A stretch of 62,498 bases of DNA, counting the filler. It is 12 parts of 12 records of this genome, joined end to end, with 100 filler letters (N's around TTAATTAATTAA, not from the genome) between each part and the next. Parts side by side here need not be neighbours in the genome. Positions count along the whole stretch, not along the records: positions 23,868 to 37,574 come from SRR20825010_4502; positions 37,675 to 40,698 come from SRR20825010_4505; positions 40,799 to 44,978 come from SRR20825010_4515; 9 more parts are not named here. One strand, written 5' to 3'. The notes under the pieces were generated by a model. It saw only the letters and a program-made list of their open reading frames with translations, ran no database searches and had not been told where the DNA came from. Below, one piece after another: positions 33,341 to 43,159 of this stretch; positions within the stretch are counted from its first letter, which is position 1; every line of letters starts with the position of its first letter. A program made the position numbers and the translations under genes.

Positions 33341-34006
33341 GTGCATGATAATGCGGATCTGTTGGGCGGGGTGGGCGGCAGCCCACTCGGTGGCCTGATT
33401 GATGGGCTGGCCCGGCAGGGTTTCGCGGTGGCGCCCGGCTATTTCCCGGCGGCGCTGGTGCGGGCCTTGCGCGAGGAGGCGTGTTACAAGGACCAGCACG
33501 GTGAATTTCGCCTTGCCGGCATTGGCCGTCGCCAGGAACACCAGAAGGATACCCGCGTTCGCAGTGACCGCACCTGCTGGCTCAAAGGCGACTCGCTGGC
33601 CCAGTGCCAGTTGTTTGAAGGGCTGGAAAGCCTTCGGCTGGCGGTCAATCGCGAGCTGTTCATGGGCCTGTTCGAGCTGGAGTCCCACTTTGCCATTTAC
33701 GGGCCGGGGGATTTCTACCAACGCCACGTGGATGCCTTTAACGGCAATAATGGCCGTTTGCTGTCTGTGGTGCTCTATCTCAACGATAACTGGCAAAGCG
33801 AATGGGGTGGGCGCCTTCGTATCTGGCCGGAGGCGGATGCGACCTGTGTGGCCACAGAGGTAGAGCCTCGTGCAGGGACGCTGGTGGCGTTCCTCAGCGA
33901 GAAAATTCCCCACGAAGTCTTGGCAGCTACCCGGGAACGCTACAGTATTGCCGGATGGTTCCGTTGCAACAACACTACCGCCGACTGGCTCGATCCGCCG
34001 CGCTGA
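33341..34006 (+). CDS. 2OG-Fe(II) oxygenase (prolyl-hydroxylase/SM-20-like)
   Basis: RSD, YQRHVD (HxD), YLN..W, PHEV, RYSIAGWF. Confidence 0.9.
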   Translation: MHDNADLLGGVGGSPLGGLIDGLARQGFAVAPGYFPAALVRALREEACYKDQHGEFRLAGIGRRQEHQKDTRVRSDRTCWLKGDSLAQCQLFEGLESLRLAVNRELFMGLFELESHFAIYGPGDFYQRHVDAFNGNNGRLLSVVLYLNDNWQSEWGGRLRIWPEADATCVATEVEPRAGTLVAFLSEKIPHEVLAATRERYSIAGWFRCNNTTADWLDPPR

Positions 34007-36039
34007 TACTGGGCTGCCTGCTACTGCCGCATCCGGCAGTGGCGGCGTTGTGCGCCGAACCGGGTCGTGACGGTGCCATGTTGTCTGACAGCACCCTCAA
34101 TGGTTATTTTTCCGGCCCGGACAACCAGGCGTTGCCCCCGGGCACCCGCTCTCTGACGTTATCCCATTCCCGTGGCCGGACTGTGCTACAGCCCGGCGAT
34201 CTTGCCCTGTTAATGCAGGTTCAGGGCGCCCCCATCAACACATCGAACTCCCCGGTCTACGGTCAGGTGCGTAGTGATACGCCTGCAGCCTGGGCGCAGG
34301 AGTGGGTACGCATCGAGCGGGTGGATGCCGATCAGGTGCGTATTCTGGGTGCGGGTCCGGGGGCTGGGCTGCTCCATCATTATGAAAATGCCCCGGCTAA
34401 CGAGGAACAGGGCCGTCGGCGCTGGCAGCTGGTGCGGGTGCCACAATTCGACAGCCTGAGCCTGGAGCAGGATGTGGCGGCGTTGCCCTGGAATGGCACC
34501 ACCGGCGGGGTGCTGGCGATGGATGTGCGCCGCCAACTGGACCTTAACGGCCACACCCTGTCGGTGCGCGGAGCGGGTTTCCGCGGTGCGCCGGCAGTGT
34601 CCTTGCAGGGGGCGCTGGGGCGGCCGGATGACTGGCGCTACAGCACGCCCAGCGTGGACGATCAGGCGGTGGGCTATGGCCACCATGGCAGCAAGGGGGA
34701 GGGCCTGGCAGGTACCCCTTTACTGCTATTGCCCGCTGCGACAATGGGCTACCCACAGGGTGATATGGCCAGGGGCGCGCCCGCCAATGCCGGTGGCGGG
34801 GGCAATGGACTGGATCTGGCGCACCGGCAATTGGGTAATGGCGGTGGTGGCGGTAATGGTGGCATCGGTGAACAGGGGGCGCCGGAGCCGGGTGGCGGAG
34901 AGGGCGGTCACAGGGTGGCGGCAGGCTGGATACTGGGCGGCGGCGGTGGGGCGGCCGCCCGGCGCAGCGGCGAGGGAGGAAACGGGGGAGCGGGTGGCGG
35001 CCTGCTGGTGATTCGGACGGCGCGGCTGGTGGGCGATGGCCTGCTGGATCTGCGTGGTTTGCCGGGGCGCACGATCACAGGCACAGGCCGGGAGGAGGCC
35101 ATTGGCGGCGGTGGTGGTGCTGGCGGGACCCTCTGGCTGGATACGCCTGCTGCAACGACGGTATCGGCAAGCATTGAACAAACCGGTGGCGCGGGTGGTG
35201 GTGCCGGTGGCGCTGGCGGGTCAGGTCAGCCGCTGGCCGCCCGGGATGGCATCATGTCGGCTCTGCACCCGTTACCGGTTTCGGGAGTAGCGGCGGGCTA
35301 TCGCTGTCGACCGGCGGGCCACTGGATTACCGGGCAGTTGTTTGAGGACAACGGCGCCGGCGAGCCGGCCCTGGCGTTTAACGGCCAGCCGGATCCGGGG
35401 GAGCGCCGTTTGACGGGATGGGCTGTGAGCCTGGTCGGTGCGGGCAACGACCCCGACAGGATCAGCACAGTGGAAGGTGGGCATTTCCAGTTCCGGCTTT
35501 CTGAAGCTCGCAGCCAGGGACAACCACTGGCCCTGACCCTGGCTCTGCCTGAACATTGGCATGCCCCGCAATTGCCGCGCCTCAACGATCAGGCGGGCGA
35601 GCATGTCGGCGGGGCGCTGCGTTGGGGGTTGCGTGCGTTGCCGGATCAACATTCCGGGCCGTTGTCATTGGGGCTGATGTCCGAGCCACTTTGGCGGGGG
35701 CCTGACAATCAGCATCTGGAATCGGGCAGCACTGCGGTGCTGCGGTTTGAATACCGTGCCAGCCTCAGTGGGCAGGTGCAGTTCGCCAGCGCCCACCCGG
35801 CGGTACGCAGTTTGCTGATGGACCGCCACTGTTCTGGCAACAGCGAGCAATGGCAGAGCGGCAAAAGCCCTGCCTGGCCGGTTACGGCGGGTGAGCGGGT
35901 CTGTGTGCGGGTACCGATTCTGTTTCAGGGAGAAGGCACGGCCATTTCCGTGACCGCAACCACTGTCGCTGCCGGTGCTCCTGACGGATTCTCGCTGCCT
36001 CCCCAGGCCGTCACGGTAAAAATTCTTCCTGCCCCTTGA
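33955..36039 (+). CDS. Secreted glycine-rich surface protein
   Basis: Signal peptide ending AVA-ALC, long GGG-rich segment, C-terminal G.LFEDNG...FNG..DPGE Ig-like segment; start 33955 inferred. Confidence 0.65.
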   Translation: MVPLQQHYRRLARSAALILGCLLLPHPAVAALCAEPGRDGAMLSDSTLNGYFSGPDNQALPPGTRSLTLSHSRGRTVLQPGDLALLMQVQGAPINTSNSPVYGQVRSDTPAAWAQEWVRIERVDADQVRILGAGPGAGLLHHYENAPANEEQGRRRWQLVRVPQFDSLSLEQDVAALPWNGTTGGVLAMDVRRQLDLNGHTLSVRGAGFRGAPAVSLQGALGRPDDWRYSTPSVDDQAVGYGHHGSKGEGLAGTPLLLLPAATMGYPQGDMARGAPANAGGGGNGLDLAHRQLGNGGGGGNGGIGEQGAPEPGGGEGGHRVAAGWILGGGGGAAARRSGEGGNGGAGGGLLVIRTARLVGDGLLDLRGLPGRTITGTGREEAIGGGGGAGGTLWLDTPAATTVSASIEQTGGAGGGAGGAGGSGQPLAARDGIMSALHPLPVSGVAAGYRCRPAGHWITGQLFEDNGAGEPALAFNGQPDPGERRLTGWAVSLVGAGNDPDRISTVEGGHFQFRLSEARSQGQPLALTLALPEHWHAPQLPRLNDQAGEHVGGALRWGLRALPDQHSGPLSLGLMSEPLWRGPDNQHLESGSTAVLRFEYRASLSGQVQFASAHPAVRSLLMDRHCSGNSEQWQSGKSPAWPVTAGERVCVRVPILFQGEGTAISVTATTVAAGAPDGFSLPPQAVTVKILPAP

Positions 36040-36060
36040 AAGTGATTTGCAGGCCCCCAT
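36035..36060 (+). promoter_or_regulatory. Sigma-32 (RpoH) promoter of ibpA
   Basis: CTTGAA-N14-CCCCAT upstream of a small heat-shock gene. Confidence 0.8.
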
Positions 36061-36208
36061 TTTCTTATCCAGTGACAACTGGCCGGTTGGAGCAATGCAG
36101 ACAGTCTTGATGACTGCCGGCGGCTCCGTGTCACATCAACCATTTTTAAACCGTTTTCCAGCGGACGCCTGCGGGGTCTGCTGGTGAGATTGGAATGAGG
36201 ATAGTGTG

Positions 36209-36658
36209 ATGAATACCGGATTTTCCCTTGCCCCGTTGTTTCGCCATTCTGTGGGCTTCGACCGTTTCGATGAGCTGCTGGACGCGGCGCTGCGTGCTGA
36301 CCAGTCCAATGGCTACCCCCCTTACGACATCATCCGCGAAAGTGATGGCCGCTATCGTATCGTCATGGCCATGGCCGGCTTTGCGCGCAGCGACCTGGAT
36401 ATCACTGTGCAGGAAAATGAACTGCGCATTCGCGGTAACCTGAAAACGGAACAGGACAGTGAGCGAACCTGGTTGCACCGCGGCATTGCCCGCCGTGCCT
36501 TTGAGCGCACGTTCAAGCTGGCCGACCACGTGGAAGTGGAAGCGGCCGGGCTGGAGGATGGGCTGCTTACCGTGACCTTGACCCGCGTGGTGCCGGAAGA
36601 GAAAAAGCCCCGTGTGATCCCGGTTGACGGCGCTTCGGCACCTACAAAAAGTAATTAA
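36209..36658 (+). CDS. ibpA: Small heat shock protein Hsp20
   Basis: PLFR.SVGFDRF, YPPYDI, LHRGIA.RAFER.F.LA, GLL. Confidence 0.92.
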   Translation: MNTGFSLAPLFRHSVGFDRFDELLDAALRADQSNGYPPYDIIRESDGRYRIVMAMAGFARSDLDITVQENELRIRGNLKTEQDSERTWLHRGIARRAFERTFKLADHVEVEAAGLEDGLLTVTLTRVVPEEKKPRVIPVDGASAPTKSN

Positions 36659-36695
36659 TCGCTCACAGTTTGTGACGCGGTTTTTGTGACACAGT

Positions 36696-36720
36696 AAAGG
36701 GGCCGTTATGGCCCCTTTTT
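36696..36720 (+). terminator. Intrinsic terminator after ibpA
   Basis: AAAGGGGCC-GTTAT-GGCCCCTTTTT. Confidence 0.85.
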
Positions 36721-36939
36721 GTTAGTTTCGGGAGTAGATAAAGGCAAAGGCTGCGCCAATAACCGGATGGAACAACCGGTTGGTGTGGTTATCGCAAAAG
36801 GATCTGATCACGACAGTGAGCAGCATTCGGAAACACTGTCGGTCAGGAAGACTGGCGCACAATTCAGATTGCGTATTTCACACGACGCGCACAAAGCGGT
36901 GGATTGTTCGCCATTTGTTTGCCACAGGGAGAGGCAGCA

Positions 36940-37458
36940 ATGAAACGACTCTACTATTTCACGAAATCCCTCGCGTCCGTTCAGGGCATTACCGGTGAAC
37001 TGCGTCAGGCAGGGATCGGTGAAAATCGTCTCCATGTCATGGGCACCGACACCATGGCTATCGCCCAGGCTCATGTGCACGGCACGACCACCTGGGAAGA
37101 AACCGACATCATGCATTCCGGCTTTCTCGGTGCCATTATCGGGATGGCTGCGGGCTTGTTTGGCGGTTTCTTGCTGGCAGGCGCGGACCCCTGGGGAACC
37201 AATCTGGACAGCGGCGCCATCATTGGCATGACCCTGTTTGGCACCTGTTTTGGCGCCTGGCTGGGCGGCTTGCGAGGCGTGTCTTCAACCAATCATCACT
37301 TGTCGCCGTATCTGGACCGTGTGGAGCAGGGCGATTACCTGATGATGGTGGATGCGGATGATGACCTGCAGGCGACCAAAGTGGAAAAAGTCATGAATGG
37401 CCACCGCCACGAAGCCGAAGAAGCGGGTCGGGAAGAGCATTTTAGTCCGTTCGATTGA
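36940..37458 (+). CDS. Glycine-zipper membrane protein, function unknown
   Basis: MKRLYY start with GAGAGG RBS; two GxxxG-rich TM helices. Confidence 0.7.
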   Translation: MKRLYYFTKSLASVQGITGELRQAGIGENRLHVMGTDTMAIAQAHVHGTTTWEETDIMHSGFLGAIIGMAAGLFGGFLLAGADPWGTNLDSGAIIGMTLFGTCFGAWLGGLRGVSSTNHHLSPYLDRVEQGDYLMMVDADDDLQATKVEKVMNGHRHEAEEAGREEHFSPFD

Positions 37459-37544
37459 GTGAACACCGGAGGCCAGATGCAGGACGCCGGACAAAGAAAA
37501 CACCGCTAGGACGCTTGACGCGACAAGTGGTCCTTAGACTGATT

Positions 37545-37574
37545 GGCGTCAGGCGTCAGGCGTCAGGCGTCAGG
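37545..37574. repeat. Heptamer tandem repeat (GGCGTCA)x4+
   Basis: Read directly; runs into the contig end. Confidence 0.9.
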
Positions 37575-37675
37575 NNNNNNNNNNNNNNNNNNNNNNNNNN
37601 NNNNNNNNNNNNNNNNNNTTAATTAATTAANNNNNNNNNNNNNNNNNNNNNNNNNNNNNNNNNNNNNNNNNNNNG

Positions 37676-38128
37676 GAAAAATGTGCGCTGGCAAAGGCCC
37701 ACGGCTTTGCCGAGGTCATTGATTACAATGCGGAAGACTTCCATGCCCGCCTGATGGACATGACCGATGGCAAGGGTGTGCCGGTGGTCTATGATTCCGT
37801 CGGTGAAACCGTCTGGGAGAAGTCCCTGGATTGCCTTCAGCCGCGCGGCCTCTATTGCAACTTCGGCAATGCGTCCGGCCCCGTGCCGCCGTTTGCGCCG
37901 GGCATCCTGTCGGGCAAGGGCTCCCTCTACATGACCCGCCCCACCCTGATGACCTACACCGCCAGCCGGGCCGACCTGGAACTGTCGTCCGGCCGCCTGT
38001 TCGACATGGTGGGATCGGGCAAGGTGAAGATCGAGGTCAATCAGCGCTATGCCCTGGCGGATGCGCAGCAGGCCCACATCGACCTCGAAGGCCGCAGGAC
38101 CAGCGGCAGTACGGTGCTGTTGCCGTAG
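37676..38128 (+). CDS. qor: NADPH:quinone oxidoreductase, 5' partial
   Basis: VVYDSVG, FGNASG, KGSLY.TRPTL, AH.DLEGR.TSGSTVL. Confidence 0.92.
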   Translation, partial: EKCALAKAHGFAEVIDYNAEDFHARLMDMTDGKGVPVVYDSVGETVWEKSLDCLQPRGLYCNFGNASGPVPPFAPGILSGKGSLYMTRPTLMTYTASRADLELSSGRLFDMVGSGKVKIEVNQRYALADAQQAHIDLEGRRTSGSTVLLP

Positions 38129-38171
38129 AACCCGGAGGCCATGGGGCGGTTGCTGCTGCCGTAGAACCCGG
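38115..38171. repeat. 21-bp direct repeat duplicating the qor 3' end
   Basis: TGCTGTTGCCGTAGAACCCGG (38115) and TGCTGCTGCCGTAGAACCCGG (38151), 20/21 identical. Confidence 0.8.
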
Positions 38172-38285
38172 GGACGGTGGTGGGATGGTCTTCAAACGCA
38201 TCCGCACTGTCACCCGGGGCGACGGACCCGGGGCCCGCGCTCATTCGCGATGACCAACGCGGCCAGGCGTGGATGCCCGATCCGC

Positions 38286-39182
38286 CTAGAGTCTGACGCT
38301 CTGGCGCAGGTCGCGGGCGATGTTGTTCAGGCGGTCTTCCGGCAGGTCGCCGATGACCATCAGCCCATAGCCGCCGATGATCCAGTGCACGATGCCGAGA
38401 CCATTGCGGACTTCATACTGCACATCCGCCTCCGGCTTGTTGGATGCGATGATGCAGAAGGCAACGGGGATGCCGTCATCACCCAGATAGGCAAGCTGTA
38501 CCAATGGCTTGCCATTGAATGCCAGCACCTGGGCGCGGCGGAATTCCAGGCCGGCGGCGGCGCGGGTGGCCGGATCGAGCGCCAGACCAACCTGTTCGGA
38601 TGCCAGCGCCAGCGCGGCCCCGCCCCCCTGATCGGGGGTCAGCGAATCCGTGGTGAACAACACCTGATAGTCGGCCACAGCCTGACGCCAGCCCTTGGCC
38701 TGGATCACGGGCGCGGCGTCTGCGGCGGCCTGCGCCTCCTCCAGCTCCGCCTCCATCGCGTCCAGTTCGGCCAGCAGGGCGGTTTCGCGCATGTCCGACC
38801 GGGTGCCGAAGCCGACAGCAAAGCCGATCCCGACGGTCAGCAGCAACATGGCCGCGATCCCCATGCCGCGCCAGTCGTTCGCGACGCGATCATTGGCAGC
38901 CGCGGGCGGCGCAGCGGCTGCGCGGCCAATGACGGTCGCGGTCAGGGTCGGTTCCGGCAGGGCGGCGCGCAGCCGGTCCATCGGCGCGGCATCGAGCATG
39001 AGATCGAATGCTGCCCTGAACGGGCGATTGCCGGTCCGCAACATCTCCAGCCGCGCGCGCAGACCAGCCGAATCCACCAGGTCCTGGTCCAGCGCCTGAC
39101 GGGCATTGAGCGAAAGCTCCCCGTCCAGGTACGCGACCAGTTCCTCATCTCTCGGATGATCTGCCATTCCGGCTGACGTCAT
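38286..39182 (-). CDS. Transmembrane anti-sigma factor
   Basis: LVAYLDGEL N-terminus, one TM helix, periplasmic WRQAVADY domain; coupled to sigma gene. Confidence 0.88.
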   Translation of the reverse strand: MTSAGMADHPRDEELVAYLDGELSLNARQALDQDLVDSAGLRARLEMLRTGNRPFRAAFDLMLDAAPMDRLRAALPEPTLTATVIGRAAAAPPAAANDRVANDWRGMGIAAMLLLTVGIGFAVGFGTRSDMRETALLAELDAMEAELEEAQAAADAAPVIQAKGWRQAVADYQVLFTTDSLTPDQGGGAALALASEQVGLALDPATRAAAGLEFRRAQVLAFNGKPLVQLAYLGDDGIPVAFCIIASNKPEADVQYEVRNGLGIVHWIIGGYGLMVIGDLPEDRLNNIARDLRQSVRL

Positions 39183-39724
39183 CAAATCTTTCCATCAACT
39201 TCGTCGCGGGTTTTTCGCGCATGGGTTGCGCCTGGGTCCAGCCCGGCCAGTTTGCCCCGCGCGGCAGACAGCCTGCTCATGATAGTACCGATGGGAACTT
39301 CCAGAATGTGAGCCGCCTCACGATATGTGAATTCTTCCACGTAAACGAGCATCACGGCCTGGCGTTGGGCCTCTGGCAGTTCCGACACCTCGCTCAACAC
39401 CCGCCGCAACAAATTATTCGTTTCCATTGATGCCGCACCATCGAAGACAAGCTCCGTCTCCGGGTCCGCGAAGCCTGCACCCAGGCGCACCTTGTCGGAC
39501 CGCAGCTGGTTCTTCCAAATGGACGACAGGATGGTGAACAACCAGGCGCGCAGGTTGGTTCCGGCGCGGAATTGCGCCTGTCTTTCCAGCGCGCGCAGAC
39601 AGGTGGCCTGCACCAGTTCCTCCGCCACGGACGGGTTCCGGCTGAGCGACAGACCATAGCGCCACAGACGCGGCAGATGCGTCTCAAGCCCTGATCTCAC
39701 AGTTTCGTGATCAGCTTCAGTCAT
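39182..39724 (-). CDS. ECF RNA polymerase sigma factor
   Basis: AEELVQ.T, AWLFTI, LPEAQR, YREAA..L.VPIGTIMSRL. Confidence 0.92.
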   Translation of the reverse strand: MTEADHETVRSGLETHLPRLWRYGLSLSRNPSVAEELVQATCLRALERQAQFRAGTNLRAWLFTILSSIWKNQLRSDKVRLGAGFADPETELVFDGAASMETNNLLRRVLSEVSELPEAQRQAVMLVYVEEFTYREAAHILEVPIGTIMSRLSAARGKLAGLDPGATHARKTRDEVDGKI

Positions 39725-39945
39725 GTCGGCACGAATAAGCACCCGGTTCGATGTGTTGTTGGGGCAAGTCTAGCGAAGAGAGGTCTTTGGCACGAACGAA
39801 AACGCGCCTGGTGCGGCATCCTGATACCGCATCTGTTTTCAGCCAAAGTACCGACCGACGCTTAACACATTGAAGAAACGTGACTTCTCCAGGGCCCGGC
39901 ATCCCTTTGCCGGTGTTGAACAGACCCGCACCGGGCCTGGACCGA

Positions 39946-39990
39946 GACCGCCCGCACCGTGACCGCCCGCACCGTGACCTCCTGCACGGT
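39946..39990. repeat. 15-bp tandem repeat x3
   Basis: GACCGCCCGCACCGT twice, then a degenerate GACCTCCTGCACGGT. Confidence 0.85.
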
Positions 39991-40357
39991 CGGGCGAAAG
40001 AGGCGTCGCCACCTGGTGGGGTCGGGGACGTTCGGACGCGCACATGGCCGCCCTGAGCCATGGCGGATCCGAAACTGCGAACGGGCCGTCAAACGGCCGG
40101 GCCAAGCCAAGCGCCCGTTCTGCGGTCAGGGGGTCACGATAAGGTTCCGCGTGACCCCCTGATTGCCGCACTGTCGCAGGGTCGGCCCCTGAAAGGTTCG
40201 GTCCCGCCCGGTTCGGCCAATTGCACCCGATCATCCGATCCATCGGCACTCCTGCGGGTCTGCCCTGCGTCCGTGAACAGCCGCGCATGGCTTGGCAGGC
40301 GGTTTCCGCCGCGTCATGATTGCAGGCGACGGACGGAATGATCGCGGGAGGATGATC

Positions 40358-40698
40358 ATGAGCGGCATGCATTTCGAACCCCTGGACGGCGTCTGCTTTG
40401 GCGCGCGCGTGTCCGGTGTGAAGTTGGCGGGGCTGGACGATGAAACATTCGCCACGCTGTATGATCACTGGCTGGAAACCGGCCTGCTGATCATTGGCGG
40501 CCAGTTCCTGGACCACAGCCAGCAGGTTACCTTCGCCAATCGCTTTGGCGACCTGGAATTCAATCTCGCGGAGATCGGCAACATGCGCAAGGACGGCACC
40601 TTGCGCCCCGACGACGGCTCCGACGACATGATGAAGATCAATCGCGGCAACATGGGCTGGCATCACGACAGCACCTACATGGCGGTGCAGGCCAAGGG
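40358..40698 (+). CDS. TauD/TfdA family dioxygenase, 3' partial
   Basis: FGARVSGV.L, Q..FA.RFG, WHHDSTY (HxD). Confidence 0.88.
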
Positions 40699-40799
40699 NN
40701 NNNNNNNNNNNNNNNNNNNNNNNNNNNNNNNNNNNNNNNNNNTTAATTAATTAANNNNNNNNNNNNNNNNNNNNNNNNNNNNNNNNNNNNNNNNNNNNG

Positions 40800-41132
40800 A
40801 TGGGTGCCGGGTTGATCCGTCCGCTTGCCGTCTTCTCCAACGACCGGTTGGATATCGCGCCCGACGTGCCGACCTTTACCGAGGCGACGGGCCATGATTT
40901 CAGCCTTGGTTCCTGGCGCGGCCTCGTCGCTCCCGCAGGCCTTGACCCCGCCGCCGCGGAGCAATTGATCGTCGCGATTGGTAAGGTGCTTGAGGCGCCG
41001 GAATACACCAAGTTCATGCAGGACCGCGGATATGCGATGCAATGGACCACTGGCGCGGATTTCGAGGCATTCATGAAAGCCTCGGATGCGGCGCTGAGCG
41101 ACACGCTTAAGGCCGTTGGCCTTTCGAAATGA
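40800..41132 (+). CDS. tctC: Tripartite tricarboxylate transporter binding protein, 5' partial
   Basis: RPLAV, PDVPT..E, WRGLVAPAG. Confidence 0.88.
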   Translation: MGAGLIRPLAVFSNDRLDIAPDVPTFTEATGHDFSLGSWRGLVAPAGLDPAAAEQLIVAIGKVLEAPEYTKFMQDRGYAMQWTTGADFEAFMKASDAALSDTLKAVGLSK

Positions 41133-41198
41133 TCAGAACTGCGGCGCCGGACCATGTCCGGCGCCTGTCAGTTTGACTTTATTTATGGTGGGACCGAC

Positions 41199-41666
41199 AT
41201 GAAGCTCCATGACAGCGCCATCGGCGCCGTGCTTGTCCTGTTCGGCGCTTGGATTGTGTATTCGGCATTGGGATTTCCGCGACTAACGGGACAGCCCATC
41301 GGACCGGGCACCTTTCCTGTGGTTCTGGGCGCACTCTGCACCCTGGGCGGTGCGGCGCTTGTCGTGGTCGGCCTGATCGGCAGGAACGGCGCGCTTGTCA
41401 CGCTCCACCCGGGCTGGCGGCGGCCTGACCGGTTCGCCACCGCAGGCCTGATGATCGTAGGCACTGCGCTGCTTGCCGTGACCTTCGAAACCGTTGGTTT
41501 TCCACTTGGCGGTAGCCTTCTGCTAGCGGTGCTGTTTCTGGCTTCGGGCAGACGTCACCCCGTTTGGGTTCTGGTCGCCATCGGCTTTGTCTGCACTGTG
41601 CATCTGTTGCTGACCCGGTTCCTCCAAGTTCCCTTGCCCGCAGGCGTTCTGAAGGGGTTTTTCTGA
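41199..41666 (+). CDS. tctB: TTT small membrane subunit
   Basis: GPG.FP motif, 4 TM, C-terminal L.VPLP.G. Confidence 0.88.
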   Translation: MKLHDSAIGAVLVLFGAWIVYSALGFPRLTGQPIGPGTFPVVLGALCTLGGAALVVVGLIGRNGALVTLHPGWRRPDRFATAGLMIVGTALLAVTFETVGFPLGGSLLLAVLFLASGRRHPVWVLVAIGFVCTVHLLLTRFLQVPLPAGVLKGFF

Positions 41667-43159
41667 TGCTGTCCCACCTCTCAGAGGCAATTCCACTGGT
41701 TCTGAATTGGAACATGGCGTTGGTCATGCTGGCCTGCTCCGCCTTTGGACTTTTCGTCGGCGCGATCCCCGGCCTTTCGGCGACGATGGCCACCGCGATG
41801 TTGGTTCCGATCACTTTCTTCATGGACCCGGTGCCAGCCATTGCTGCCATCGTTACGACCGCAGCGATGGCGATCTTTGCCTCTGACATTCCCGCAGCGC
41901 TGGTGCGCATTCCCGGCACCGCCGCATCGGCCGCCTATATCGGTGACCTCAACGCCATGACCCGCGACGGGCGCGTCGGACGCGCGCTGGGCATCTCCGT
42001 CACCGCCTCGGCCATCGGCGGGGTATTCGGGTCGCTGGTGCTGATGGTGGCGGCGCCGAAATTGGCGCTCGTTTCGCTCAACTTCACCTCGTTCGAATAC
42101 TTCTGGCTGGCCCTGCTCGGCCTTTCGGCGGCGGTCATGCTGGGCACTGGATCAATCCTGAAATCTCTGATGTCGCTGTTGTTCGGTTTGCTGATCGCCA
42201 GTGTTGGCATGGATACGACTTCGGGTTATCCGCGATTTACGTTTGGCATCGACTCCCTGCTGGGTGGCGTCGCGTTTGTTCCGGCGTTGATCGGAATGTT
42301 CGCCATCCCCGAGCTAATTCGCACCTTCGTGAACCGCGATGCGGTGCCGCCCGTGACGCCCGTCGGCAATCCGCTGAACATGTTTCGCGGAGTTGGTTCG
42401 CTGCTGTGGAGGAACAAGACAGGCCTGCTGCGCGGCTCGACCATCGGCACGGTAATAGGCATTCTGCCCGGCGCGGGATCCGACATCGGGTCGTGGATTT
42501 CCTATGCGGTGTCCAAGCGGTTCTCGAAAACGCCCGAAGACTATGGCAAAGGCACCGAAAAGGGTCTGACTGAGGCCTGCGCCGCCAACAACTCGGCGTT
42601 GTCGGGCGCTTATGTGCCCGCGATGGTGTTCGGCATTCCCGGCGACAGCATCACTGCGATCGTCATCGGCGTTCTGTACGTCAAGGGGCTCAATCCGGGA
42701 CCGATGGTCTTTTTGACTTCGGGTGACAAGATCATGGCGATCTTCCTGGTGTTCCTCATCGCCAACCTGCTGATCGTGCCGCTGGGCCTGCTGGCGGTGG
42801 CGCTCGCGTCGCAGGTTCTTCGGGTCCCGAAACTGACGCTGGCTCCGCTGATCCTGGGGTTCTGCATTGTCGGGTCCTACTCGATCGATTCCTCTGCTTC
42901 GGGCATTGTGATCATGCTGGTCCTGGGTTTCTTTGCCTACCTGATGGAAGAAAACGGGTTTCCGGTCGCTCCGGCCATCTTGGGAATCGTCATGGGGCTG
43001 CTTGTCGAACGGAACTTCGTCACGTCGCTGATCAAGTCCGACGGACTGGCCTTGGGCTTTGTCGAGCGCCCCATCGCGGCAGGTCTCGCGGTGCTGGTCC
43101 TGCTGGTTTGGGTCACGCCCGTCCTGATGTGGCTGTTTCGCCGGAGGAGTGCGGCATGA
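41666..43159 (+). CDS. tctA: TTT large membrane subunit
   Basis: GAIPGL, IPGTAAS, GILPGAG, ANNS, FGIPGD. Confidence 0.93.
   Translation: MLSHLSEAIPLVLNWNMALVMLACSAFGLFVGAIPGLSATMATAMLVPITFFMDPVPAIAAIVTTAAMAIFASDIPAALVRIPGTAASAAYIGDLNAMTRDGRVGRALGISVTASAIGGVFGSLVLMVAAPKLALVSLNFTSFEYFWLALLGLSAAVMLGTGSILKSLMSLLFGLLIASVGMDTTSGYPRFTFGIDSLLGGVAFVPALIGMFAIPELIRTFVNRDAVPPVTPVGNPLNMFRGVGSLLWRNKTGLLRGSTIGTVIGILPGAGSDIGSWISYAVSKRFSKTPEDYGKGTEKGLTEACAANNSALSGAYVPAMVFGIPGDSITAIVIGVLYVKGLNPGPMVFLTSGDKIMAIFLVFLIANLLIVPLGLLAVALASQVLRVPKLTLAPLILGFCIVGSYSIDSSASGIVIMLVLGFFAYLMEENGFPVAPAILGIVMGLLVERNFVTSLIKSDGLALGFVERPIAAGLAVLVLLVWVTPVLMWLFRRRSAA

Noticed and set aside
39946-39990. Short direct repeats as a mini-CRISPR
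   Set aside because: No spacers, unit only 15 bp, no cas genes in the window
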